Part shown: piece after piece, positions 41,008-49,345 of the stretch
How positions within the stretch are numbered: the stretch's first letter is position 1
Layout: each line of letters begins with the position of its first letter
Virus record (IMG/VR): IMGVR_UViG_3300014205_000180
Span: 86,989 to 150,988 of that record
Reading direction: 5' to 3' (one strand)
Length of the DNA stretch: 64,000 nt
DNA from: a virus
Taxonomy: Duplodnaviria > Caudoviricetes
Notes under the pieces: generated by a model
What the model saw: the letters and a program-made list of their open reading frames with translations, nothing else
Told to the model about the DNA's origin: nothing
Database searches by the model: none
Program-made: the position numbers and the translations under genes

Positions 41008-41457
41008 TTAACTATTCATTATTTTATCATGCAATTCAGTGACTAAACCCATAGATTGACCTTTATTAGATTCCCAGTGCATTAAGTATACTTCGTGATT
41101 ATCTTTAAATACTGCACCAAATACCCCAGCACCAGATCTCTTTTTTAAAGAATCAAGTATTTCTTTACCTTCTTTATTATCAATCTCCTTAAATTCTTTA
41201 CCAAATTCCTGACTTAGTATAGGATCATCAGGATCAGCTTTTTTAGCGTTTATTCTAGACCTGGACCATAAATACATTTTTGCCACAAGGCCAAATATCT
41301 GCATTTTTGACGTTTCATAACAATTAATATTAGTTTTTATTGCGTTTGGGCCAGTATCCTCATCATGCTTAATTAATATTAAAGCATATGCGCTGGTATA
41401 CTTCCTGAGTTCTTCGATTAAATCGGAAGTAGTATAAAGCGAATAATCAGTAGCCAT
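41008..41457 (-). CDS. hypothetical protein with an internal duplication
   Basis: LIEELRK..SKMQIFGLV and ILDSLKK..NKGQSMGLV. Confidence 0.6.
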   Translation of the reverse strand: MATDYSLYTTSDLIEELRKYTSAYALILIKHDEDTGPNAIKTNINCYETSKMQIFGLVAKMYLWSRSRINAKKADPDDPILSQEFGKEFKEIDNKEGKEILDSLKKRSGAGVFGAVFKDNHEVYLMHWESNKGQSMGLVTELHDKIMNS

Positions 41458-41482
41458 GTGTTTATCAAATACGCGTTGTATA

Positions 41483-42361
41483 TTAGCGCAAATTATTAAT
41501 GCCGTAGTTGTTTACTATTTTTTGACTTATCGACACAGTATTAATCTTTTTTAATAAGATATCAGAAGCAACATCAGGTCTAAAATAATTTTCCCAAATA
41601 AATTTTGAATGCTTATGATATTTTTCAACATTTTCAGTCAACAAACGTGATAAATCGCCAATTTCCTTCATGTATAAAAAATGTTCATTTGGCACGAAAT
41701 CAAATTCAAATTCTGGAATATAATTAAGCGCTAACGGCATTTCATTCGATATGAACTCATATTCTCTAGTATTCTTTTCATTCCTTATTGATAAAATTAC
41801 TCCAAAACGAGATTTTTTAAGTAACTCAAGATAATCACTGTGCTTTATTGCTATACGAGTATCAATACCCAATGTTTTTGCATGTTCAAACCACGGCACT
41901 CTTCTCATTATTCTGAGACTATTTTGGCCTGATGCCATTACATTATATTTAGACTCATGTGAATTATATTTAAACTTATCAACTAAATCCCATCCGGCAG
42001 GAAACATCGCCCAAACTACAAGCTTGCACCCTAAATGTTTTTGAACTTCTTTATTTTGTTTATATTTAACATACGCTGAAGGATTTATTCCACTAAATAA
42101 CCCAGCTTTTAAATAATTTATAGTAAACCCATCATCAAATTGAGTATCAAATACGACTAATTTTCCATCAATTTTTGCAAACGATATTTGTCCATGTTTA
42201 GGTCTTCTGCCGCCAGGATATACTACTTTATCAATTTCCAGCATCCTATCATGCTCAGGCATTTTCTCATATTTAACAACGAATTTTCCTGATCTTATCA
42301 AGATTTCGTGATACCATTTATTAAAATCGTGCTGTGGTCTATGGTCTAGAATTAAATCCAT
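41483..42361 (-). CDS. GT-B (CgeB/Glyco_trans_1_2-like) glycosyltransferase
   Basis: DYLELLKKSRFGVIL..KNTREYE..FVPNEHFL. Confidence 0.6.
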   Translation of the reverse strand: MDLILDHRPQHDFNKWYHEILIRSGKFVVKYEKMPEHDRMLEIDKVVYPGGRRPKHGQISFAKIDGKLVVFDTQFDDGFTINYLKAGLFSGINPSAYVKYKQNKEVQKHLGCKLVVWAMFPAGWDLVDKFKYNSHESKYNVMASGQNSLRIMRRVPWFEHAKTLGIDTRIAIKHSDYLELLKKSRFGVILSIRNEKNTREYEFISNEMPLALNYIPEFEFDFVPNEHFLYMKEIGDLSRLLTENVEKYHKHSKFIWENYFRPDVASDILLKKINTVSISQKIVNNYGINNLR

Positions 42362-42374
42362 AGACTATTTACCA

Positions 42375-43073
42375 TTATGCGTCTGGATAATTTCCGCCTC
42401 TGCTATATCCACCACGATGAGAAAGTGTCGAATCCTCACCACCATCACTTGTCTTACCTAATAAGCTAAATTCCCAAATTACTCCCATTACGATAGCCTC
42501 ATCAGTTGTTTCAACACTAATATAGTATTGCAAGTCAGATTCACTAGAATCTTTATCGTATTCACTCCAAAGTTTCTTAGAAAGGCCAGCTTTTTCAGCT
42601 AACGCATAATCTAAATCATCAATATCTAACGATTCAACAAATTGAACTAATGCAGAATCATCATTTAATACATCATCTTTGACAAATTGAACTGGAACTA
42701 ATTCTTTTGGAATAGTGACTTTCGCAAAAATTTCACCAGTTGCTGTTTCAACTACATGCTCATCAAAATCATCTACATCAGTTTGCCTTCCTTCGACAGT
42801 ATCAGTTCCAGATTTAAATTCTTTTTTAGTTATAACTAAATTATTTGTAAAATAATCATCAAACTTGCCATGCGCTGCGTTCTGCTCAGGGCTTAGATTG
42901 GTATATCTATTTTTACGAAGCAATTCAAAACGCTGTTGTCTTTCCTTAGCAAAATTGGCCGCTCTAGCCGTATCTTCTGGAGTCCAAGCTTCTAAGATAG
43001 TGCCTTTTGGCAGTATTGCTATGCCGCCATTATTTTCAACAACTATATCTTGTTTAGTAATCGCTTTAAGCAT
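42375..43073 (-). CDS. acidic putative internal head protein
   Basis: start MLKAITKQD after GAGG SD; shared N-terminal motif ending ILE-A. Confidence 0.6.
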   Translation of the reverse strand: MLKAITKQDIVVENNGGIAILPKGTILEAWTPEDTARAANFAKERQQRFELLRKNRYTNLSPEQNAAHGKFDDYFTNNLVITKKEFKSGTDTVEGRQTDVDDFDEHVVETATGEIFAKVTIPKELVPVQFVKDDVLNDDSALVQFVESLDIDDLDYALAEKAGLSKKLWSEYDKDSSESDLQYYISVETTDEAIVMGVIWEFSLLGKTSDGGEDSTLSHRGGYSRGGNYPDA

Positions 43074-43105
43074 AAAACCTCTGTTTATATATTTTACCAA
43101 AACAT

Positions 43106-43136
43106 GACAAACCCCAGCCATAAGCTGGGGTTTGTT
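43106..43136 (-). terminator. intrinsic terminator
   Basis: ACAAACCCCAGC-CATAA-GCTGGGGTTTGT. Confidence 0.85.
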
Positions 43137-43157
43137 ACTATCAAACTGTCAACTATA

Positions 43158-43697
43158 TTACGGGGTACTCTCAGAAGTATCTGAAGTAGCCGAACTAACT
43201 GAACTGGCCGATTCTGACGATGACGAATCATCATCCGGATCACCAGATTCACTCATAGCGGTAACAGTAGTATCAACCAGATCTTCAAACATCTCAAGAA
43301 TTATAGCTTTCGCAGCAGGATCACGCATCAGTGAATCATAGACCATATTACTACCAGCGATATGCTCAGTAACAGTATCATCATCACGAATTTCAAACGA
43401 GAAAGGCGACACCGTATTATCTTCGTATGCCACCACACCTGTCATGGTCAGTGTGAATGACTTTACTACTTTAGTCGTGGTTGGAAATACAAACGACATA
43501 ACAGTTGGAAGTAATTTATTGAGTAACTCAGTTATAACTGCCGATTTAGTTCCAAAAACTGAAATAAAAGCCTCATCACTACCTACCAGTAAAGCTTTAG
43601 CCTGAGAATCAAACCAAACCCCGAATGAACTGACAACATTGTTGCTCTCGGCAACAACACCCGACATGTTCATTGTGAAATTCTTTACAGCAGTCAT
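43158..43697 (-). CDS. two-repeat protein with Ser-rich tail (virion?)
   Basis: VKNFTMNMSGVVA and VKSFTLTMTGVVA duplication; ends SESTP like 36703-37656 (SESTLP); late-type box and AGGAG. Confidence 0.7.
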   Translation of the reverse strand: MTAVKNFTMNMSGVVAESNNVVSSFGVWFDSQAKALLVGSDEAFISVFGTKSAVITELLNKLLPTVMSFVFPTTTKVVKSFTLTMTGVVAYEDNTVSPFSFEIRDDDTVTEHIAGSNMVYDSLMRDPAAKAIILEMFEDLVDTTVTAMSESGDPDDDSSSSESASSVSSATSDTSESTP

Positions 43698-43724
43698 GAC
43701 TAATTTCTCCTGTTGGTATATTTG

Positions 43725-44183
43725 CTAAAATTGTTTGCTTATATCAATATCGTCAGCTTTATGAATAATTTCATCATCATTACCAATACCAATTTTTGCA
43801 ACCTTGAATTTATTATTTCTCATATAATTATTTGCAGCAGACATTATCATCTGATTATTACCAGTAGATTTCTTAATTGCTCCTAATATATCGTATGGAT
43901 CAATATCATATTCAATAGAATTTTTTATGAATTCTCCGATTGAAGTCTTAAATATTACTCTAACTAATCCATCTTCATCAACATTTTCAAGATCAACATC
44001 TATTACTTTAGCATTTATTGGTGATATTCCAGGCGGTGGATTAGTAGTAAATTGTTCAGTAAACACATTAAAAATTTCATCCTTCGACATATCTTTAAAT
44101 TCAGGTTCATATATTAACTTAGTCTCAAAATTAGCCTGATTAGATAATAAATCAGAATTCTCATTAATCAATGACAAACGCAT
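43725..44183 (-). CDS. putative internal head protein
   Basis: MRLSLINE leader; late-type box 4 nt upstream of ATG. Confidence 0.55.
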   Translation of the reverse strand: MRLSLINENSDLLSNQANFETKLIYEPEFKDMSKDEIFNVFTEQFTTNPPPGISPINAKVIDVDLENVDEDGLVRVIFKTSIGEFIKNSIEYDIDPYDILGAIKKSTGNNQMIMSAANNYMRNNKFKVAKIGIGNDDEIIHKADDIDISKQF

Positions 44184-44195
44184 GTATTATATTTG

Positions 44196-44525
44196 TTAAA
44201 ATAACAATTTCTTAATTTTAGACCAGTCAACAGAATGATCATCAGTTAACGGTGTTCCTATATTTCTATCATCAATACAGAAATTGAAAAACGGCTTATT
44301 CTTCTCAACTCTATCATATGGAATATCATATAACTTAAGATAATCTTCCATTTCATGAGTCATTCCAACAGCGTCATCAACACAATCAGGATTTGAACGA
44401 CAAGAATAAATTACTATAGTATGATTACATTCCTTTAATCTTTTTAACACCTCACGACATTCTTTTTGTGGAGGTGAATCACTATTAGGACAAATAGAAC
44501 CATCGAAATCAATAAAGTAAATCAT
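44196..44525 (-). CDS. small HAD-family phosphatase
   Basis: IDFDGSI, IYSCR, KP...IDDR. Confidence 0.85.
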   Translation of the reverse strand: MIYFIDFDGSICPNSDSPPQKECREVLKRLKECNHTIVIYSCRSNPDCVDDAVGMTHEMEDYLKLYDIPYDRVEKNKPFFNFCIDDRNIGTPLTDDHSVDWSKIKKLLF

Positions 44526-44830
44526 TTATTTAAATCTCTTTCCATCTTCCTCAGTCTAGTTGCTATATCTAACAATTTATTTTGGTTAGTCTTTATTTTA
44601 AAATATCCATATAGTGCATATGCATAGAATAACACTACTGAAATAGTTTTAATCGTTTCATTATTTTTATTAATAAAATTAAGATAAACAACAGTCGCAC
44701 TAACAATTAAAAAAGCACCAAAATAAATATAAGTATCGTTCATTACTTTACTTGACTCTGAAACTAATTTATCTAATGGATTTTCATTCTCACGTACTGT
44801 TTTAACAGGTGAAATTTGAGGCTTTTCCAT
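44522..44830 (-). CDS. two-TM membrane protein
   Basis: two hydrophobic helices. Confidence 0.65.
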   Translation of the reverse strand: MEKPQISPVKTVRENENPLDKLVSESSKVMNDTYIYFGAFLIVSATVVYLNFINKNNETIKTISVVLFYAYALYGYFKIKTNQNKLLDIATRLRKMERDLNK

Positions 44831-44836
44831 ATTTTA

Positions 44837-45118
44837 TCAAATACTTTTCTTTTTCTTTGCTAAATCAGCTATTTCATCTAAAGTCATAGTTGCGAAATTC
44901 AACTCTGACTTAATTGGCTGTTTAATTTTAAACGATTTTACTTTTTTAATCTGACCAGCTTTTTTACGCAGCCATGCCATTATTTCTTTATGAACTTTAT
45001 CAGCCAATTCACATTCTTTATCATTGGTTGTATCAACATATCCGCTGCCAAAAGTTGAATCATAGTCTTGCCCCTCAAGACAAGCTGCTGCCATAGCGAA
45101 TAAGTCTTTTTTATTCAT
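44837..45118 (-). CDS. hypothetical protein
   Basis: ATGA coupling to 45115-46512. Confidence 0.6.
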   Translation of the reverse strand: MNKKDLFAMAAACLEGQDYDSTFGSGYVDTTNDKECELADKVHKEIMAWLRKKAGQIKKVKSFKIKQPIKSELNFATMTLDEIADLAKKKKSI

Positions 45119-46512
45119 ATCTTACCACACAACTTATCAACATTATGAGCATAGTCTTCACCTTTAACCCTATATAGTTTCTGTTTTTCAGCAGAAACTA
45201 ATTCTAGTTTATAAGTTGGCGTATATCCATCATATGCAATACCAAAATCAACAATTTCCCATACTGCATTGCCATCACTATATCTTTCACCAATCTTTAA
45301 TTTTCTAACGTATTTGCATAGACATTCACCATATTTCTGTTCATATTCTTTATACGTATCTTTTGATAAAGTCTTGCATGGGCAATTGCCATTGGTCCCA
45401 ACAGCTTTCTTTTTATAATGTTCAACATTAATCATTTCATCAGCATTGTCCTTCATCATTCCATCCATGATCTGTTTATCAAGAGTCCTCTTATAAATCC
45501 ACAGTCTTATATTCTGCAGATATTCAATAATAACCTTATCATCTTCATTATGCACATTCTTAATAAAACGATCCATCAATAAAGCTAGCAATATTTCATT
45601 AGTGAAACCATTAACTCCATGATCCTTTGCTGAACCATTTTGAAATGATAAGTGATGAGCCTTATAGAATGATAAACTAGTTCCACCATTATCAGGATTA
45701 GTAATTGTTACTATCCCTATCAACTCATTTTTGTACCAAAATACCTGGAGCTTCCTATTGCCGCTTATCTCCCAAGTCCCATCAGCTACTTCAAAAATGA
45801 TTTTTTTAGCGTCTTTCCTTTTGCATTCAAAAGGCAACAATATCATATAGTTATTATCATTCCATTGAACTTTAAATGATCTTGAAGATTGATCAGATAA
45901 TGCAAAAACTTCAATGCGCTTGTTAAGTCCATTAATACGATGCCATACTATTTCGCCTGCATAACCGTTATCAGGGAATATCTTCGGCTTATCTTCTATG
46001 CCAAAATCTTTTTTAACAGTCTCCCATTTATTGACTTTACTTAATTGGAAATCCTCAGATGCAACTATGGCTGATTCATTCATCTTGTTGACAGTTTTTA
46101 AATCATTATAAAGAGAGCCTAAAATTTTAATAGATTCAGTTAATTCTTCAACAGTTGGATCACTAACTATATCAATTGTACCATCTTTTTTATCAATTGT
46201 AACAACTCTGCGTCCAGGAGTAAATGGTTTAATAGTAATAAGATAATTTGAATCAATTACTCTACTAATTAATACATATTCAATACTAAAATTTTCACAG
46301 TGTTTATCAAAACCAATTATATTAGAAACATAAATATCAGAAAGTTTAACACCCTTCGAAATTAATTGATCAAAATGATTCTTTAAAATTATCTCAGCAC
46401 AAGGTCCATTTGGAAGGTGATAAATTCTAGATTCTGATGTTGGTTCAGAAGTTACATTAATTTCTTTGTATGGTAATAACTTGCGAATTAATTCAGTAGA
46501 AAGATTAGGCAT
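45115..46512 (-). CDS. multidomain protein containing a divergent Tad1-like domain
   Basis: LSFQNGSAKDHGVNGFTNEILLALLMDRF...LWIYKRTLDK matches the recalled Tad1-family pattern FQxG...GVNGxTxExLLx..xDRL...WxxxRTxDR; start ATG 46512 after GAGGA. Confidence 0.6.
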   Translation of the reverse strand: MPNLSTELIRKLLPYKEINVTSEPTSESRIYHLPNGPCAEIILKNHFDQLISKGVKLSDIYVSNIIGFDKHCENFSIEYVLISRVIDSNYLITIKPFTPGRRVVTIDKKDGTIDIVSDPTVEELTESIKILGSLYNDLKTVNKMNESAIVASEDFQLSKVNKWETVKKDFGIEDKPKIFPDNGYAGEIVWHRINGLNKRIEVFALSDQSSRSFKVQWNDNNYMILLPFECKRKDAKKIIFEVADGTWEISGNRKLQVFWYKNELIGIVTITNPDNGGTSLSFYKAHHLSFQNGSAKDHGVNGFTNEILLALLMDRFIKNVHNEDDKVIIEYLQNIRLWIYKRTLDKQIMDGMMKDNADEMINVEHYKKKAVGTNGNCPCKTLSKDTYKEYEQKYGECLCKYVRKLKIGERYSDGNAVWEIVDFGIAYDGYTPTYKLELVSAEKQKLYRVKGEDYAHNVDKLCGKI

Positions 46513-46610
46513 GGCGTCCTCATGAGACGCCACAGGCGGTTAGGATTTATTTCCCGTCGCTACTCTCCACACTTGGGATTGTAGCTATGCCGACCTGCGG
46601 CTGATGCTCT
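46510..46610 (-). ncRNA. structured 5' leader RNA, candidate riboswitch/translational switch
   Basis: P1 46590-46601 pairs with 46529-46539, enclosing two hairpins; alternative 9-bp stem 46510-46534 covers SD and AUG; GTATTTAAA box at 46614-46622. Confidence 0.6.
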
Positions 46611-46613
46611 AAC

Positions 46614-46622
46614 TTTAAATAC
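46614..46622 (-). promoter_or_regulatory. representative second promoter-like box GTATWTAAA
   Basis: copies at 12383, 22239, 47154, 49226 (minus) and 33341 (plus), mostly 4 nt before an ATG. Confidence 0.6.
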
Positions 46623-46634
46623 ATCGGAGAAAAC

Positions 46635-46796
46635 TTAACAACGCCGCCTATGTTCCCTGTTTAGTCTGCGAACCTCTTCCTTGATTTTTGGTGAATACTC
46701 ACGCAACCGTACCATTACTGCAGCTATTCCAGGATCAGGCTTATCAGCCACCTTTGGCTTTGAAGATTCAGCCAATTCAGTAAGGAAATCAATCAT
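46635..46796 (-). CDS. small hypothetical protein (53 aa, not in the ORF track)
   Basis: MIDFLTELAESSKPKVADKPDPG...HRRRC. Confidence 0.5.
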   Translation of the reverse strand: MIDFLTELAESSKPKVADKPDPGIAAVMVRLREYSPKIKEEVRRLNREHRRRC

Positions 46797-46804
46797 ATTA
46801 TTTA

Positions 46805-47149
46805 TTATCGATCAACCCAGGTTCCATTATTTTTAGCTTGTCTAATCTCCTGTTCTGCAGTAGTATTTTCAGATATAGAATCTTTTTCATATTCAATATA
46901 ATCAATACGAACTCTTGCTAATTCAGGAGATTCATAATTCATATCAAATGAAATTCCTGAAACAACCATACTATGGATTTCTTTTGTAAACACCTTAAAA
47001 AGATTAGATCTTTGCAAATCAAACGGGCTTAATGACGATTTACCATCAGGTGAATAATATATTATAGTAACATCTTTAAACAGGACACTAATATAACCAC
47101 GTTTAAGTTCACCGTTTGGATGGCGTAGCGGAGTAAAAATCTTATTCAT
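46805..47149 (-). CDS. hypothetical protein
   Basis: 114 aa; GTATTTAAA box 4 nt upstream of ATG. Confidence 0.65.
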   Translation of the reverse strand: MNKIFTPLRHPNGELKRGYISVLFKDVTIIYYSPDGKSSLSPFDLQRSNLFKVFTKEIHSMVVSGISFDMNYESPELARVRIDYIEYEKDSISENTTAEQEIRQAKNNGTWVDR

Positions 47150-47154
47150 ATAAT

Positions 47155-49221
47155 TTAAATACTTAGCTTCTTAAACACTAAAATTGGTTCATATGTCTTA
47201 TCTCTACCCATAAACGATGCCGTTTTCATCTCATGTTTATTAATAAGTTTGTATCCAAATTTTTCACCAATTGATTTACATAATTCTTCATGCCTTAACG
47301 GAATATTCAGAACAATTATCCCGCTAAATTTACTAAAAATATTGTTATATATTGGTTCAGTGACAGTATTTTTTGAATCTACCCCATGATATAATTCAGT
47401 TCCATCATATGGCGGAGATGTGAATAATAAATCACCTTGTTTAAAATCAACAGTAGATGAATCTGCTTGAATAAATTCACATTCACACTTTCCTAAACTA
47501 AAATTAATAAATTTCTTTAATTCATTATGAGATTCTATTACATTTTTGTTTAAGTCATATCCAATATATTTAATATTTTTATTCATGCATCCAATAAGTC
47601 TTCCTCCCCAGCCCATACTTGGATCAATAACTGTTCCACCATTAGGAAGATATAATTCATATATTTTGTGAGCTATCCATGGTTTAAATATAGAAACAGT
47701 AGTAAAATCCTTAAATTTCCTATTAATTAATTTCACCAAATTGTGAATATTAACATCTTTATCTTTCTCCCATAAATATTCAACTGCTTTTCTTAATACA
47801 GAAATATTTCCAGGTTCCCACGCTTGAGCAATATAATTATATTTATGATGGGTTGAATAATAAAAATGTTTAGAAAAATTCTTAATCAGTGATAATAACG
47901 GTTCTGCTTCAATATTAGAATTAAACAAATCTTTATCAGATTTTATTATTTCTTCATATCTTGATAAACCTTTTAATAATTTATGTCTTGAGCATTCTGG
48001 ATGAATAAATCCAAACTTTATTAAAAAATCAAAGCATTCATCACTTGTATTAAATAGTAACTTCCAGTTTAAACAATAATATTTATCAATATCTTCAATC
48101 GCAAGATCATAAAATTTACCATTCCAAACTTTAATGTCTCTATTATGTTTTTTAGCCACTAGAATTTGTTTAATTAATCTTGACCTATTTGGTCCAGGGA
48201 CAGTTGATTCTGATTTTGATTTAGCCTCAACTAAAGTATCGCCATTAATCATAAAATCAATGTTAGCACATACTCCAAGATATTTATATATTACAGGATT
48301 CTTTTCTAATGACTTTACATTTTCGTCTTTTGACATGTTTTCAATAAATGCAGTTTCAAGGATACTATCACATTCAATTCTTCCAAATTTTGAATCAATA
48401 ATCTTCTTATGGCCATGACCATCAAGTTTAGCTAACATTTCTTCTTTAGTCCTGAGTTCTATACTATTTCGTTTTAAAAAATATACGACATTTGCAACAT
48501 AAACATTTAATTCATCAGCTATAGAAGAAGCTGATCTATTATTTATGATATATTCATTATATAACCACACTCTATCATTTAATTCATTAATTTTTGAATC
48601 TCTCTTAACGTGTGTGCTTCTAATTTTTATGCCATGTTCCACTAATAATCCATAAATTAATGACATTGAACAATTTTTAATTTCACTAATTTTTTCTATG
48701 GTCAGTTTTTGTACAGAATACAAATCTTCCAATTCAGGTTTTAAAATAATTGGTTTATATTCATTAATATATCTTTTTACATTTAATCTGTCATAGGCAT
48801 CGTACACTGTTTGCTCTTTTACGTCTAAAATTCTTGATATTTCTCTACATGTCAAATTCTTATCAGCAAATTCTTTTAGTTTTACAGGATCGTTAAGATC
48901 AGGTGGCCTTTTTGCATCATTCATGGTTCTAAAAATAATATCCGGATAATTTTTAAGTAACTGCCTTTTTATTCTAGCAATTGGTGCTGAATATTCTTTA
49001 TGAAGAGCATCAAGGCTAATCCCAGATATATATTTATTATAAATATCAATAATAGGCAAAGGTTTCTCAACTGCTTTATTCATATGACCACTAATAATTT
49101 CAAATTTTTTAGCTAATGTTGATATTGTCCCAACATTTTTACCAGTCATCTTAGCAACTTGTGAGTAACTTAAACCTTGATCAGAAATAAGCGATTTAAG
49201 TAGTTCTTGAGTTATTTCCAT
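47155..49221 (-). CDS. multi-HTH + PD-(D/E)XK nuclease + amino (N4-C/N6-A) DNA methyltransferase fusion
   Basis: about five HTH repeats; CDSILE...IDF..LVEAK; VIDPSMGWGGRLIG (motif I) and LFTSPPY (motif IV). Confidence 0.8.
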   Translation of the reverse strand: MEITQELLKSLISDQGLSYSQVAKMTGKNVGTISTLAKKFEIISGHMNKAVEKPLPIIDIYNKYISGISLDALHKEYSAPIARIKRQLLKNYPDIIFRTMNDAKRPPDLNDPVKLKEFADKNLTCREISRILDVKEQTVYDAYDRLNVKRYINEYKPIILKPELEDLYSVQKLTIEKISEIKNCSMSLIYGLLVEHGIKIRSTHVKRDSKINELNDRVWLYNEYIINNRSASSIADELNVYVANVVYFLKRNSIELRTKEEMLAKLDGHGHKKIIDSKFGRIECDSILETAFIENMSKDENVKSLEKNPVIYKYLGVCANIDFMINGDTLVEAKSKSESTVPGPNRSRLIKQILVAKKHNRDIKVWNGKFYDLAIEDIDKYYCLNWKLLFNTSDECFDFLIKFGFIHPECSRHKLLKGLSRYEEIIKSDKDLFNSNIEAEPLLSLIKNFSKHFYYSTHHKYNYIAQAWEPGNISVLRKAVEYLWEKDKDVNIHNLVKLINRKFKDFTTVSIFKPWIAHKIYELYLPNGGTVIDPSMGWGGRLIGCMNKNIKYIGYDLNKNVIESHNELKKFINFSLGKCECEFIQADSSTVDFKQGDLLFTSPPYDGTELYHGVDSKNTVTEPIYNNIFSKFSGIIVLNIPLRHEELCKSIGEKFGYKLINKHEMKTASFMGRDKTYEPILVFKKLSI

Positions 49222-49278
49222 ACACTTTATATACTTACAAAATTATTATAAAATCGTGTCATTACATCTTTAAAACAG

Positions 49279-49329
49279 TTCTCCCGGTGGGGTTGCCACC
49301 GGGAGAAGTGCGCGAGAAGTGGTTCTCGC
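49279..49329 (-). terminator. tandem hairpins/terminator after the MCP gene
   Basis: GCGAGAA-N4-TTCTCGC then TTCTCCCGGTGG-N5-CCACCGGGAGAA followed by TGTTTT on the minus strand. Confidence 0.85.
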
Positions 49330-49345
49330 CGGATTGTCACCCAAC

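Noticed and set aside
46510-46610. tRNA, hammerhead, twister-sister, purine or c-di-GMP riboswitch identity for the structured RNA
   Set aside because: No T-loop or CCA end, no CUGANGA/GAAA core, and no recognisable consensus of these classes by eye; kept as an unclassified leader pending an Rfam search
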